Source of the DNA: Phoronis australis
Taxonomy: Eukaryota; Animalia; Phoronida
Assembly (NCBI GenBank): GCA_002633005.1
Contig: NMRA01000704.1
Coordinates: forward strand, 1 to 64,000
DNA length: 64,000 nt
Direction: 5' to 3'
In this document: positions 37,766 to 52,550 of the stretch, piece by piece
Numbering within the stretch: position 1 is the stretch's first letter
Layout: each line of letters opens with the position of its first letter
Position numbers and translations under genes: made by a program
The notes under the pieces: model-generated
The model's input: the letters and a program-made list of their open reading frames with translations, nothing else
What the model was told of the DNA's origin: nothing
The model's database searches: none

Positions 37766-39034
37766 TATGTTATTACATGGGTGGATACACCACTGCATGA
37801 CGCCGCGGCTGTGGCACTACTGATGGTCAGACTCCCTCTTTTGAAATCCTAGATAAACCCCTAACTACATCCAATGATTTATTAGATTTTTTCGAACATG
37901 AACTAATGTGTTGTTTGAGTTTAGATTTCCCCGTTTTTATTTGAAACTATGCGAACAGGTATAGGGTTACTTCTCCATGGCCTACATGCAAGACCTGAGG
38001 GGCATAACTGACCACAAACTGTTTGTTGTTTTTAATTTGATTATCTCAATCTGGAAAGTTCAGTGACACTTAGTGTGCTGTCATAGTACTTAGACCTGAT
38101 CTCATCTCAGTTCATTTTGATGCCACTTTCAGTTCAGTGGTCCTCAACTATGGGATCAGGTGTGTTTCCAATCAGTGTGGTAAATGGTGTGCTCCACCAA
38201 TGGAGCGTAAAACTAACTTTCTCTTTAAGTTTGTGTAACCAAATGATTGAAATTAGAAACGCTTGTTTAGTTTACAGTGCTTTCCCATTAGGGGAACTTC
38301 AGTTTACTGAAACTTGGCTTACCTTTCCCACTAGACAGTGATATCAAAGTTATCGCTAGAAGGCGATTCAGTCATCGAAGTAGACACCAGATAGCGCAGT
38401 TCATTAGTACTCTCAAACGAATATCGATTTGTGGGTTCCAGGCTAACTAAAAGTTGTTCTGCCATTTACGAGTGTTTATGAAAATGATCAATGTCATTCT
38501 TCATCAGATATGCTTTCTTTTATTTAATTGTGTGCGTCTATTGAGAGCACGTCGGCTACGCTGCAATAACAAAGAGCATGTTTTGCGAGTCTCGCATGAT
38601 CATATATCATTGTCGCGATCTCTACCAATAACTTCTACAAAACTTTGCTTTGATTGTTCCCATTACACCGAAGTTTTGGTGAGTACCGAAGCTTTCCAAG
38701 TCCTTTGCAAATCCTAATATTTCAGTGAAGTTTTGCTTGCAGATTAATTAAATGTCCTTTTTCACTTCAACTTCTCAATTTTGCTTGATGAAAGCTGTGG
38801 TACAAATGATTATGGAAAATCATGAAATAAAATTTGACTTGCCGGCCATATTGTGTCCTAAATTGGTGATATTTTACCATACCTTTTACAGCATTCTCAT
38901 GCTTTGTGATGACTATGTAACAAAGAAACAGTACAGCAATTGTTTTGGTCCGGAGTTGGTGATATTTTACGGTTGACCTGTGTGCTTATATCTTGAAACA
39001 GTGCATTTTTTCAAAGATATTTTTACTCAACTGC

Positions 39035-39037
<3 letters not shown>

Positions 39038-39088
<51 letters not shown>

Positions 39089-39122
39089 TGTGCGTGTGTG
39101 TAGGGGCGTGCGTGCGCGCGTG
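39038..39122. repeat. (TG)n microsatellite
   Basis: About 23 pure TG units then a TG/CG mix. Confidence 0.95.
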
Positions 39123-41154
39123 TACCTAATCTTCACTTTTAGCCATTGGTGATGATCTCTTACACATGGTATGTGTGCAGTGTTAAACTGGAGGTTACTA
39201 GTGTGGTTTTTGTTATGTCTACCATGTTGTAACTGACACAAGTTTCATTAGCATCTTACTTTAGAATGTGATGCTTGGTTTTACCCATGTGTTTCACCTG
39301 TACATACACAGACTCTGTATAGACGCTGCTTCAGGCACCTGGACCTAAAATGCGTGCCTATTTGGTAGATGTCTGGCAAAAATATACTGAAGTTTGGTAA
39401 CAATTTACCTTGAGTTAATTTTTCGTGGTTGGTATAAGTCGCTATTTCTCTCGGTTGTGCTATGGATCGTCAAAATCATCAACCGCTCATGTTTGAACAT
39501 CTAGTTTATTGGGTTTGGCCAACACTGCATGTAAATTTGAAAATGGTCCTTGTAACTTGGGAAAGGCTTTGCAAGTTATCAATAAAACATTAATTTATGA
39601 ATCGTAAATGCATGTTGATGCCCTGTCTGCACGATTCATATCCAAGTGGTATAGATATTGTGCTTCTAATGTAAGATACCTACACTATGTAGACATAACT
39701 TCAGCTAAGATAATGGTCCATAGCCAATTGAAAACAATGTTTATTCGGTTTGAAAGAAAATTGCTGCACCATAAACTGAAATGTCACCCTTAGTGGTGTA
39801 TGTTTCCAAAAATGTTTTGGAATTCAGATTCTCTGTATTTATCTGTTTACCTTTCTGGAGGTTATCTACAATCTGTATTGACACCTGGCTTTATCTGGAT
39901 GTGGATGTGATGTACTTTGTCCCACAAGGGCCTGGCTCTTGTTTGTTTAGTCCTTGGTAGACAGACATATATTTTATCTCTACCCATTGCTTCCATCAAT
40001 AGTGCACTATGCTGAAGGAAAACAAATACATTGGTGTTTTTCAGTTAATATGCTCTGTACTTTAATGAAGGGTCACAGTTGGCGTTGTTTAGAGAGGGAC
40101 ACAATCTAAATAAGTTTGTGTTCATATGATTAAATAAACATTTTATTTTAGGTATAAAAAGTCTTTCATGTGCCCAAGATTGCAAGTTGACATGAGATAC
40201 AGGTTATGATAATGGTTTGAAACCAGAATGGTGGGAAAATGACCTTATTTCACAACTGGTGTTATTCCTTCAAATTGGGAAAGTCGAAAAACAACAGAAA
40301 ACATTTGCCATGAAAACACATACACATTCCAACATTATAAGTGCCATGGGCACTTGCTATATAAATTGACTTAGGTCAGGGATCAATGCTTAGCTTAACG
40401 TCAACTCGCCAAATAAAACCTGACAAAATTCCCCAGTCACCAAGTAGGAAAGGAGTTCGCCAAAGCGAGGCAACCACGTATGCTCCTGAGGAGGTCCTGG
40501 GCCTCACAAACAGCACATACTGAAAAATATCTAATTTAGAACCTGATTTTGTGGTTAGGTGAAATTTTATTTCCTAATTTTTTAATCAGTGATGTACAGG
40601 TACCAAGCTAATGCCTAGCAGTATTGCAAGCCCCGTACAATAGCTACCAACAGACACTATTTTGTGAGGATTCACAGATATTTTAGAAGCCATTGAAAAG
40701 TGAAAAAAAGAAGTTTTGGTGATATATCTTTGTACGAAATGAGAAATGAGACTTTACCATAGTTGGCAACATTCTCAGGTGAAAAAAGACACTTGAACTG
40801 AAACGGCAGGCATGTGAAAATATGCCAAAGCGCAAGAAGCAAATTACCACAGTTAACAAAAACTACCTTGAGGCATTTTCTTTTTTCTCTTTGTTGAATG
40901 GAAAAACAGGAATGGATTGTGCACATACTTCTTTGTTCTAACTTGGGACTCGCAAAAATTTGGCGACTTAAGGGCAACTTGGAATTTTTACTAGGTCGCA
41001 GTGTTCTCCACAATACCAATTCCAAACTCGACGCAAGTTTCTAGAGTCCAATATCAGTAGTCAACACTGTCTTTTCTCTAGTCTATAGCCTTAATATCTC
41101 CACTGTACATTGAACTGGTCAGGTGTGACCTATTTTTTAACACTTTGTAGGGCC

Positions 41155-41610
41155 TACACGTGAAAACCACGAATCATACTCAAAGTTCCCATTCAACTAA
41201 CGGCTGTCTCACAAATAAAAAACTTGTTATTAAAAGCATGTGGCCAGTAAGCGTGCTACATACCTGTCACTTGACACCGCAGACATTAACCTTCGGGAAC
41301 TATCCAAGAAACTACCCCAGGTAGCATAACAGCAAGAAATAAATATTGGGCACTAATTTTACAAAGTTTCTAATGCCATAAAAACTGTTGCGTTAAACTA
41401 TGCGTTACTTTTAAGAGGGATTGCTTTGTTAATCACTTTTTCAATGTATCCATAATTGGTGTTTTTAAAGTAAAGTATCTGATAAAATGCCCCACTGATA
41501 GTGGACATCTCCGCCCCCAAATCTCCCGGAAAATTTGTCACGTCTAGGCACCCGGCGACTCAATGACATTCGGCCTTAGGCCCTACCGAGACAATTCTTG
41601 CATGTTTTGA
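41155..41610 (-). mobile_element. Degenerate fragment of the CCGTA family
   Basis: Similar to 21160-21560 and 42958-43310 (GCAAGAAATAAATATTGG, ATAATTGGTGTTTTTAAAG, CCCACTGATAGTG). Confidence 0.7.
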
Positions 41611-41611
41611 T

Positions 41612-42954
41612 AGGGGGGAGGGGGGTGCTTATTGTAACCCAAGGCCGTTCAAGCCCGGTCTCCGCAACGGGTGAAATCGGAAGCTAAGATTTGTCATATT
41701 TACGCTCTGTGACATACCTGTAAGCTATGACAGGCTTTCTACAAGTTGCGGTGCATTGCTATCAAACTTAGCTGTTAAATTACGATCATTTTACAGAAAA
41801 TTGTGCAGAAATCCCAGGCCGAAAACTCGCTGACTGACTGCCTGGCGATCATTAATATGGCAACTTGAATGATTGAATAAAAATACAGTTTCAACTTAAG
41901 CAAATTATCTGAAATCCTCGTAAGTTTTTCAGATAGCGTCCTTAAGATTTTTAAGTTCCCGTGGAGTTGGGATTAATGACAGGTTAAGTCCAAATCTGTG
42001 CTAGATTGTGCCATCTATGATTGTAGGCCTACCCAGCAACACGAGAAAATTCTGGACTAACACACATGATGTTGTCATGTGACATTTATTTTGAAGTTCG
42101 TCTGTATGAGTAAGCGAGCGCGTGTGTGTCACCAGAGTTCATTTGCCAGAGTAAACGCAATCTATTGAGCTAGATTTGCATTGTTTCGAAAGAAATTAGC
42201 ACAAGCAGTAAAGCAGAATGTGTGTAGCTGGATGCGTACGTAACTATCTGACAGTTATTTTTTGGTGTAAGGGTGTGTAAGCATTCACTGTCAGTGGTCA
42301 TTTTATTGGATATTTGGCTTAAAAACACCAATTATGATTAACCAAACAATATCCCTCTTAAAAATAACAGACATTTTTTCATAGTATTAGAAACTATTAG
42401 AGCCAATTTCTTGCCGATGCTATGCTACCCGTTTTGTGAATGGGTAGTTCCCAACTAATGTCTTTGATGACAGGTACGTGTATGTCGCTCGCGCTTCCTG
42501 GACACGTGCTTTTAACACTGGCCAAGTTTTTTTATTAGTGTTCAAACGATTCGCGGTTTTCACGTGTACCATAAAATTCCCGTTTAAGGAGGGAAACATC
42601 TAAAATGCAATCTCGTCGATCGTCAAGTACACTCCGTCTGTTCTGAAAGGCCAGACCATAGTGGGACACATTCCTCTGTCAGCAAAACTTTTGTGTTCGT
42701 TTTGAGGCACGCAGAAGTTTGAAGTGTATAGTTACGGCTAAATACCAACATAGCGGCGAGGCTTGTGGTCTACAAATTCTGTGGAATGTCTGATGTTATT
42801 GATAAATTGAAGACTTTACTGTAGAATTTTAGGACTGTAGGTAAGGCATTTTTCGCATGTACACGTTCATGGATTGAGCGCTTATTTTAGCAAAGTCTGA
42901 AAACGCATGGGAGGGCGCTTATAGGGGCATGGGCAGTTATTACGGCGAATACGG
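41612..42954 (+). mobile_element. CCGTA-family copy lacking the left TIR and the Kolobok insertion
   Basis: Collinear with 25007-25815 plus 26963-27493; ends GGGCAGTTATTACGGCGAATACGG-TA. Confidence 0.88.
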
Positions 42955-42957
42955 TAT

Positions 42958-43900
42958 GTGAAAACTGCGAATTGAAGACTAATAAAAACTTGTCCTTTGT
43001 TAAAAGCACTTGGCCAGAAAGTGTGCGCTATATACAAGTACCTGTCGTCGAATACAAGTCTTTGGGAACTATTTATTCATGAAACGGGTAGCATAGCATC
43101 GGCAAGAAATAAATACTGGCTCTTATTTCCGAAAGTTTTTAATACCGTAAAAACATTTGCGTTATTTTTAGAAGGAATTATTAAATTAATCGTAATTGGT
43201 GTTTTTGAAGTCAAACTGACCCACTGATAGTGAGCACTTCCACACCCTTACTTCCCCCGAATCTCCAGAAAAATAACTGTTCGACTATCACGCATCCAGT
43301 CACCCAGCAATTCAATATCGGGTACGTTACATTGCGTTTGCTCTGGCAAATGAATTCTGCTGACATGCACGCGCTCGGTTACTCACACAATACGCAGACG
43401 AACTTCAAAACAAACGTCACGTGACAACAACGTGTGTTCGTCCAGAGATTTTTGTTGTGTTGCGGGGTAGGATCTAGCATAGATTTGGACTTTAATATGC
43501 AATTAATCCTAACTCCACAGGAACTTAAAAATCTTAGGGATGCTATTTTGAAAACTTAAGGAGGACTTGAGGTAATTTGTTGAGTCGAAACTGTACTTTT
43601 ACTCAACAATTCAAGTTGACCTATTGGCGATAGCGAGGCAGCGACGCATCAGTCGGCGAGTTTTCGCTCTGGAATTTTCAGAAAATGCTCGTAATTTAAC
43701 AACAAAGTTTGATATCAATGCACTGCAACTTTGTAGAAACTCTGTCATAGGTTACAGATGCCTCACAGAGCATAAATTTGATGAATTCTAGCTTACCTGT
43801 TGCGGAGACCGGGTTTCAACCACTTTGGGCTACAGTAAGCGCCCCCATTCCTGAAGCGAATTTTTCTAGGCTCCCTGGGCGCTTATTAGGGCGAATAGGG
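42958..43900 (-). mobile_element. CCGTA-family copy, inverted, retaining the left TIR
   Basis: Reverse complement of the left two-thirds of the family; ends GGGCGCTTATTAGGGCGAATAGGG-TA. Confidence 0.85.
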
Positions 43901-45635
43901 TAGATGTTTTCCATGGACTCGGACACTGAAGGAAGCTGGTTCTCAAAACCCGTGGTGCATGTGAGTGGCTAATGCACCGTACGTGTCCGTATGAGGTAAA
44001 AAATCTAGTTTGGGAAGTGGAAATTATTTTTGGATCTTGTATCAAATTTTAGAAATGGGCAATACTGTTCGTTCCAAATTCAAGAATTAGACCAAGGAGG
44101 ATCATTCTGAGTGTTACAAAGCTATTGGTAAGCATCAAAGTGTTGCATTGGCAGCTATTTTTTGGTGATTTATGAATCTCCTAAGTCTATTTTCGGACTG
44201 TTAATACAAAACGCAGTGTCCAATATTTAAGAAATGCCTGATGTCCCAATCTCCAGAATCAAGAAAAATTCCATTTCGGCTTGAATGTTTATATTAACTT
44301 TAGGGCTGTCCCAAACTGGAGGAATTTCTACTGTAAGTTGTATATTTTTTAATAAAGTATAGATAGTCCTCCTCCCTTCAGACAAGTGGGATTTCGCTTA
44401 CACCTGTATGAAATCTCTATTGTTGAACCTTTTCTGATTTATGGACCTTTTACTCTGTATCTGATGAACCTCAAGTGCATTCAAATGTATCACTGAAGTT
44501 TTACATTCCAGGTTTCTGAGACTTGTTCTTGCCCTTTGAAATATCACATAATATACATTTTCATTGTTGTGAATTGTGGCACTTGAATAATAGCTTTTGT
44601 TGTGGATTAGGAAGATTAAAATTTATGACTTTCAGTAAACACCTGATGTAGGTGTCCACAGTATTGTCAGAACTCTTCAGTTAAGGCTCTTGTCTGAATT
44701 TCTCAATTTACTAGCAGGAAAGTTCGGAGTGTTACGGAATATAAATGTACTCTTGCTACAAATATGATAGTCATACAGTCAGTGATTAACGCTCGTGATT
44801 CAAAATTTTCCAGATGGTCGATTCACACATTTAGTATCACTTGTTTTCAAAATAATCTAGATAAACTTGACCTGAACTTGTGAACTTTTTTCCAGAACAT
44901 TTATCTTGATAAAATAGCATTTTTTCTGCCATATTTTGTGCTAAATATGTGGAGAATTACCATATTAAAGACTAAGTAATATGATAAAATCTTACCAATT
45001 ACAGACAAGAATAGTTACTAAAACTGCCCCTTTCTCATTTTCGTACGCCCATATTTATATGTAGTTGTTCATTGCCAGTCATTTCTCTCTGGGTGTCGTG
45101 AGTGTACACAGCTATATCTCCTAAATCCCTCATAGGATTTAGCAGATGTATGAAGCCGAGTATGGATGATGACAAAACTGCTGTGTCCCTGGTTGCAATT
45201 TTATTTTTTACAGTTTCTTCAACATGTTGTTTAAATCGTGCTCGTTGTTGCACATTGGGATCTGGTCTTCGTCCTCAGTGTGGATTTCACCCAACATCAA
45301 ACTTTTGCCTTCCCTCCTACCCTAGTCCTGGCAAAGTTATGACCCTGTCAAACACAGAGTGTTAGTGACATGCAGATATGAAATGCATAAACTGTACACT
45401 GTTGCTTCGAAAATTGCTGTTGCCTTTCTTCGTACTTATGTTCTACCAGTGGGCTCTCTGCAACATGTATCGTATCTTATTGGTTGTATAATGAAGGAAT
45501 TGAGCACTCACCTTCGACATGGGTGGTTTTAACTACGCCTGTCACCTGAGAAAGTGGTTACTGGGTTATGCCAGTTCATGTTTTGTAATGATACAATTTG
45601 AAGTCTTGGAGGTACTTGCGTAGGCGACTCCTGTT

Positions 45636-45948
45636 GGTAAAATTTCTCCAGTTTGGGACAGTGAAAGTTTTATTGTTTTCCTCAAGGTCAGAGCTTGTGC
45701 CAAATTGTAGAAATCGACATTATTGACTGTTCCAAGTAAAACAATTGCGAGAAAGAAAAATTTTGCATTGCCAACTTTTTAGTAGATTTTATCTCAGACT
45801 TTGTTGATCTACAAAATGCAGTTCTTGATATTTGAGAAATATGGTCATGCCAAAAATTCCTATATCCCAGTCTGGAGAATAATAAAAATCAACTTTGGCT
45901 TGACTGTTCTGAATTGTAGCCACTGTCCCAAACTACAGAATTTTTACC
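45636..45948. mobile_element. Old MITE with about 28-bp TIR; related ends near 18000 and 44305
   Basis: GGTAAAATTTCTCCAGTTTGGGACAGTG / CACTGTCCCAAACTACAGAATTTTTACC. Confidence 0.6.
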
Positions 45949-46594
45949 TTAAGTCTCGCATACTACTGAGGATAGAGGAAACCTGTAGCCTGTGTTATGT
46001 TGCGAAGTTCTTTGTACAGGGCAAAAATAAACATGAATTTAAATGAAAATTAAGGACAATAAAATTTCAAAACTTGTCATAATTGTGTATTAATTTAATG
46101 AGATTAAACTGTAAGTGAATACGAGTTGGATTCTAGTTTGGGAAACAATTCTGTGATCTGACTTTAGACTTGTTAGAATAAGGCTTAAAACCTGTGCCTG
46201 GTACCCTTTAAACACTTGGGTCCTAGAGCAAATCCTGTGGCAGAATGGACACTAGAATTTGCAGTATTGGTCAAATCCTTGCTGAGTTCACACATGGTCA
46301 GTCCTCTAAAGCCAGGATGCTCACTCTGTAGACAGTTCTGCCTGGAGTTCAGGCATTGGGGCCTAGGGACACTAGTTTTCCATTAGCAAAAAATTCTCTT
46401 TTAGTAAACATAAAATTCCGTTTTTTGAATTAGCATATTCCAATCGCCCTTTGCAATCATGGAAAACTAGGGGTTCAAGTTGCAACTGGGGAGTATTTAT
46501 GGTTCTTGCGGATGGATTATTTCTAAACCCTGAATTAGCTGGTGTATTTTGGTGGCCTGAATGAGCTTGCAGTTAGCTGTGGCACATGAACTAA

Positions 46595-46762
<168 letters not shown>

Positions 46763-47291
46763 TGAATTGTACGACAACTTCAAGGATGGATGTTGCTTTT
46801 TTAACGCTTTGAAATGACTTGTAGATTGAAGACCAGTTGACCAATTCTGCTCCATGTGAAGCTGATGTTGCCTAAGGAGTGCACTGAGAAAGCTCAAAAC
46901 AAGAATCTGTTTTAACTTCAGACAAAGATTAATTCTGCATGAGCCTCAAACCTATACACTCTTGCATGATTGATTCTCCAGGATTTAGTCTCCTGCTTGA
47001 CTACAACTTCCTTATTCTTCTTGTAGTTGAAGCTGCACTTCACTCTGCTAAAAACGAAAATCAAATCAGGCCTTCTCTTCTCATAACGCCAGTCTCATAA
47101 TTCCTTACTGTGATTGGGTGGTTCCATTTCCGCTACCAACTCAAGTCACAGGAAATGCGTTCATGCACCGTTTTCGAATTCTTAATTTTAGGGTTGGTCA
47201 ACTCTGAAGCATTGAGCTTACCAGTCCTGGTAAACTCTGAAGAGTTGTCTTGAGTCGCTGGTGGTCTTTATGTTGTTGTGGGCACCAACTC

Positions 47292-47816
47292 CAGGGCTGG
47301 GAATTTTCCGCGGAAACTCAGATTTCCGCTTTTTTCAAATGTTCTGTCCCCGTGTTTTAATATATTTCCGCGTAAAAAGAAATCAGATTTGATATAAAAT
47401 TTCTGCTTCAAATTTCTCTCTTACCGCGGCATTGCTGACGACTTTCACCTCGAAAAGCGAAAATTGCTCTTTATATTTAGGAGGAACGTAAATTGTCATC
47501 ATTGCCGGGGCACCTGGGATAGCGTGGTTTTCTTCAATGGCGTCTCATGAGATTGTAAATCGCGGTGACAAATACTACGACTCTGCAGGCAAAAATGTGT
47601 GGAGGTGGGAGTGGACGGACGAGCTAAAAAGACGCAGACGCACTCTTCTGGAGGTGGTACCTTTTTTTTCTTAGTCCTCCTGATGTTTTTTCGGCAAAAG
47701 GTCCACATTCCACATCGACAAAAACTCGAGCCCCCCCCCATTTTCAAGGCTGGTTGCGAGCATGTTTAGGGCCGTAAAAATTTCCGCTTTTTTGTCATGG
47801 GTCATTCCAAGCCCTG
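47292..47816. mobile_element. hAT-like MITE with 6-bp TSD
   Basis: TIR CAGGGCT(G/T)GGAAT; perfect CAACTC on both sides (47286-91, 47817-22). Contains a fragment of the 7448 family at 47690-47764. Confidence 0.82.
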
Positions 47817-48342
47817 CAACTCAATGCATACACGCACTGGTTTTGAATTCGCAGTTTAGAGTTGGCCAACCCTAACTCTGAAGCGTTTCTTTGAGTCGAT
47901 GATGGTTTTGGTGTTCTTAATGGTTACGGTAATATAATGGTATCATGGTAAGAACTTTGAGAAAGACTTAGTTTGATTTTCATTCTTTACTCAGCTAAGT
48001 AGGGTGAAATACAACTGTAAATGTTTAAAATGGAGCTGTGGTCGAGCTCTGGTTAAAGGAGCATGCCACCCAAAAAACATCCTGTTTTGTATCGATTTAG
48101 ATCCAGTATTTCTACTCGATAACGTAACGTTCGGTTGCGTTACCTGACACCTGACGGCAGACGGAGGTGTTGAAATTATCCATCCAAAGACGTCATTGGT
48201 TTCAAACGCAGTCTGTTCAGCAGTTCACAACACCGGTTACTGGTGTCGGGTTATGGCTTTAATCCATCATTTAACACCAATAAATCATCAGACCTCTATG
48301 TAAAACCCTTAAAAATACACCGAGTTCTTATACAAACGCGTT

Positions 48343-49542
48343 GTTACTTGGCGAAATAAATTTCGCCAAGTATGTTGCTCTGACACTAAGTTTGTTTTTT
48401 TTTTGTTTGTTCGCACGATACAGGTCGCAATTTTCGTCCGATCATCACGAAATTTACACATAACACATAGTTCCGGAAGTACTGGAAGCCTATTGTTTTT
48501 CGTTGTGGTGGCTGTGGTGGCCATTTTGTTTTCATTTTAAGATTCAAAGGCTTCTGGAGGCTACAATTTCTTACGTACAGAGCTGAAAATCAGCACAATG
48601 AATGGCCCGGATGTGCACTACATGTATGCCGGAAATTGTTTACTTCCGGTTAAAGATGGCGGAAATATCGGCGATCGCGCATGCGCACCTCGATTTTGGC
48701 CTAAAAACGTTTTCTCCTGTAGAGGGCGCATTATGGGACCAATTCCTTCGAATTTTTACAAGTATTAGTTTCTTATGACGTGCTATTATACAAAGCCAAA
48801 AAACCGGAAGTTGCTTTCAAGATGGCGGTTCTGGCGCATGTTGACCTATTTTCAGTCGTGCTAAGGTGCCACCTAAACGCGATGAGAAAATGACATGAAT
48901 TTTTGCATGTGGATTCTTTAAGGTATACTCTTTCAAATGAACTGTAACAATTTTTCTCTCAGACTTACCGTTTTCGAGATATTTGACTACATTTCTTAAA
49001 AAAACGCAAAATTTCATTTTTTTCGAAAAATTTACGGAATTAGACGATACCATCGGTTTAGATAGAATTTTGTACGGGCTTTCAGAATATGTTTTCCATT
49101 TTTCGCTAGGACGTCTACTTTTCGAGTTATTTGAGATTTTCTGATAACGCTGTTCCTTTGTTGAGTGCTCTTGCTGCATTGATGTTGGTTTATCTTCTAA
49201 TGAACTAGACTGTAGCCTATTTCTTATTGATTTATGACATCTAAGTTCATCAAATGAATGTTGTGATGTTGTTCATCATCGCCACCACCATCGTCATATT
49301 CGTCATCATCTTTGTCATCATCTCCCTCGTTGTCTTTTCCCTTAATTTCGCCAAGTGTCGCTCAAGACTGTAGCCTTTTTCTTACTGATTTCGGACTTCT
49401 ACGTTCGTCATGTGTATGTTATTATTACTTCTTTAGTTCATCCTCGCCACCATCGTTGTCATATTCATCATCTTCGTCATCATCTTTATCGTCATCTTTT
49501 TGGTTAATTTCGCCAAGTTTCGCTCCTCAAAGCGCTTTCATT
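48343..49542 (+). mobile_element. HINE/DINE-1-like element, copy 2
   Basis: 5' hairpin TACTTGGCGAAA-TAAA-TTTCGCCAAGTA, GTTT repeats, 3' subTIR 49508-17, hairpin remnant 49521-34. Near-collinear with 29440-30645. Confidence 0.8.
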
Positions 49543-49750
49543 TTATTTCGCCGTTACGGATTTATTGGTTTTTGGACGCACCGGAGCCTACAAGGTTCGG
49601 CAAGTCAATTTACCAAGGTCCGTAGCAGGAGTTTGGGGTCTGTTCGGAGATAAATTCGAAGTATTCTTCCGTGAAATACAGACAGGAGAACCTAGATCTG
49701 TGTTGCTTAGACTTGTAATTTTTTTAGTTCTAAACACACAAAACGCTTGT

Positions 49751-49852
49751 TATCCCGGCCAGTAGCTCGGAACCCAATCAGGCCCATTGCGACCGGACTG
49801 ACTATCCCGGCCAGTGGCTCGGAACCCGATCGTGCCTGTTGCGGCCGGCCGG
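49751..49852 (+). repeat. About 52-bp tandem duplication
   Basis: TATCCCGGCCAGT(A/G)GCTCGGAACCC(A/G)ATC..GCC..TTGCG.CCGG twice. Confidence 0.75.
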
Positions 49853-50043
49853 TACTGGCATGAACATAAACCAGCTTGAGTTGGAGACTGAACCTCCAGC
49901 CACGAAAAGATTAATAGTGAGCCAAAGAAATAATGTGCACATAATTATTTTTGTGAATTAACCACGAAACTGAAAATCTATTTACTTGTCGGGGGCCGCG
50001 AAGTCAGGTTCCCCTTCCACAGATCGTCGGGGCAAAGGTTGTA

Positions 50044-50188
50044 CATGGGCGGCGCACCATAGGGGGCTGGGGGCTATAGGCCCCCACTTTTTTCAGTGCT
50101 ACACCGCACATGGTCTATAGGCGGTGCACCACAGGAGGGGGCTGAGGGGACTTTAGCCCCCACTTTTTTCAGTGTTGTGCTGCCCATG
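50044..50188 (+). mobile_element. Two tandem, about 70-bp mini-MITE units; related end at 2951-3010
   Basis: GGCGG(C/T)GCACCA..GGGGGCTG..GCCCCCACTTTTTTCAGTG..CATG twice. Confidence 0.55.
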
Positions 50189-50553
50189 TTGTATATATAG
50201 TAATAATGATTTGAATAATATATTTTTATTTCTAAATAAAGATTCCCCTAACATTTGACCATAGCATATAAAATCTAGTATTTGTTTCACAACAGTTTTC
50301 TGTCAGTAAACACTGAATTAGCATGCGCTCACACAGCCTCGGTGCCCGGTCAATTACCTTTATTGCCGGCAATGCAGTGGTTTATTCATTGATGGCTTCT
50401 CAACATTTGCACTCACGAATACTGCAAAGGCATTACAAAGTGTATCTAATGAGACGACTAATATTTTTTGTTTCAGTTTTATATAAGTATTGGTTAGGAT
50501 GAGAATAATTCATTTTGAAACAGAACGCAGAAAATAAACGTCTTGCCATGTAG

Positions 50554-52550
50554 CAGGGACTCATCTAGGATTTGAAAATTGGGGGTCCAAATTCGTGAGA
50601 CTGACGAGTCGTGCAAAGCGCAAATCTGAGGCGCGCAGCGCTGGGGGGGGAGGTGGGGTTGGGGAAGTTGGGGGGGTGGGGGAATTCCCCCCCTGGTGGG
50701 GAAAATTGTTACATAAAAAAGGTCATTTCCTTGCATTTTATTTAGCACACTGTTTGGATGTCTTTTTCTTGTTCAAAGGACGGCCCATAGGGAAACTAAA
50801 CAAAAATTAGGAGGTTTGTTCCATTCAGGATGTGTGTATTGTCACTAGGCTGCAAAAATCAAGATCTGTAAATCTTTTTAGTAAGATTATTTATGTAGAG
50901 TTGCATGATAGACAGCATGAGTACAGGACTCAATGTATCTTGAAGCTCTCAAAAGAGAAGAGTAAAATTAAGGCAGTTGAGAAACCACTTAAAATTGTGA
51001 GAAGACAATGAAGTTGCATTCGAAAAGACATAAAAAATATATTCTAGAGTACATGTCTACGTTTCGTTACATGGCACAGTAATGCAATTCACGAATCTAC
51101 AAAAACAAGACCATATCCTCAACAAATTCACAAATCAGTATCACCAGTGCTCAACACGGTCGATAATCTCCGCTGGAAAATAGGAGTGACTGAGTGACGG
51201 CGTATGTGCACTCGCGCGTGTATACTCGGACATGGCTTCGTAAAGGATCGTGACCAAAAAAAAACGTCGAAACTCCGTGTTAGAATTTGGCATTCGTATT
51301 TTTACGTTTCTTAAACGTTTTTCCGAGTGCTTTACACGTAAATTTCACGTCGTTTGGCTACGAGTACGAGCGTAGCCAGTGGTCGCCGGGGACATCGTAG
51401 TTGTTACGTCTTCTGCAGTGCATTTTAAAAAAAAGCGGACGCTTTGTTGAATTGAAACTTACCAGGTTAAAAGTCAATCACTGTATTTCATAGTACGCTA
51501 AAAGAAATTTATACTTAAAAAGAACTATTCTTTTCTCGCAGTTTAAGAGTCAAATCCCCGGCCAGGTTCACAGCCGAAGTAACAGGTGCTGTGCACGTGA
51601 CTGGCTGACCTACTTTTTTCCATATACGGCACGCAGTGCCACACACAGAGGATAAACTCGAATCGCCCAATAATCATGGAATTCCACAATAAGTTGAAGT
51701 ATTTCGAGGCATTTATTTTCATTCTAAGTTATTCATTGAATACGTAACCAACATTACACACCACATTTTTTCTCTTAAAGTTTGCTCTGCATTCTCGCGC
51801 ATCAATATAAGTCGTTCGGCCGTGCGGATTTTTTGATATTTTTTCATTCATTCGTTCGAGTTGCAACGGAGCTATGCGAACAAATTAAGGAAGTTTGCGC
51901 TAAGTTTCATCTGGTTTGCATGTTCAACGACATTGATGGCATTTGTACGGCAGGTCAGTGCTAGAATTTTGTCGGGCTATCATTTTTTTTTTCGAAGTGT
52001 ACGTTCTCCGTCGGCTATTTCAAATTGGCTGCTCCGTCGAACACATCGGGTGCCGCTTCAACTTCCGCGTCGGCAACTAGCATTAGGGGTACGGCAAAGA
52101 GTCCTTTGAACTTCGGGTGTGGGTTCTTCAATTTCAAAGATTAAGTGTCCATGTACAGGTAGTTAGCGCTGGATGCAATATTTCTCGACACTAGTCGTGC
52201 GGGGGATACCGTATGAAGCCACCTTGACGTCACAGAATAGGAAGGTATTCCCCAAAGATGGCTGCCAGTATTTGCCGATCGTCATTGTGACATTTATAGT
52301 AAAAATAGACGGCAAAAGTTTATAATGTCGAGTTATTTCTTAATATTTAGCGAACTTAAACAATGAATTGTAGGTTTCAATGAAATTTATTAATAATAAA
52401 TGTTACAATTCTTCGTTTAGCCTTCATTTTCGCCGAGGTTGTTTTGGAACAGGCCGTCTTTTTTCCGTCTTGGCCGTGCCGTCCAAAGCCGTCATTTTTT
52501 TAAAAGGGCCGTCCCAAGGATGGCCAGGACGGCCGCTAGATGAGTCCCTG
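50554..52550. mobile_element. hAT-like non-autonomous element (about 2 kb)
   Basis: Perfect 15-bp TIR CAGGGACTCATCTAG / CTAGATGAGTCCCTG; subterminal GGCCGTC repeats; no clean TSD. Confidence 0.7.
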
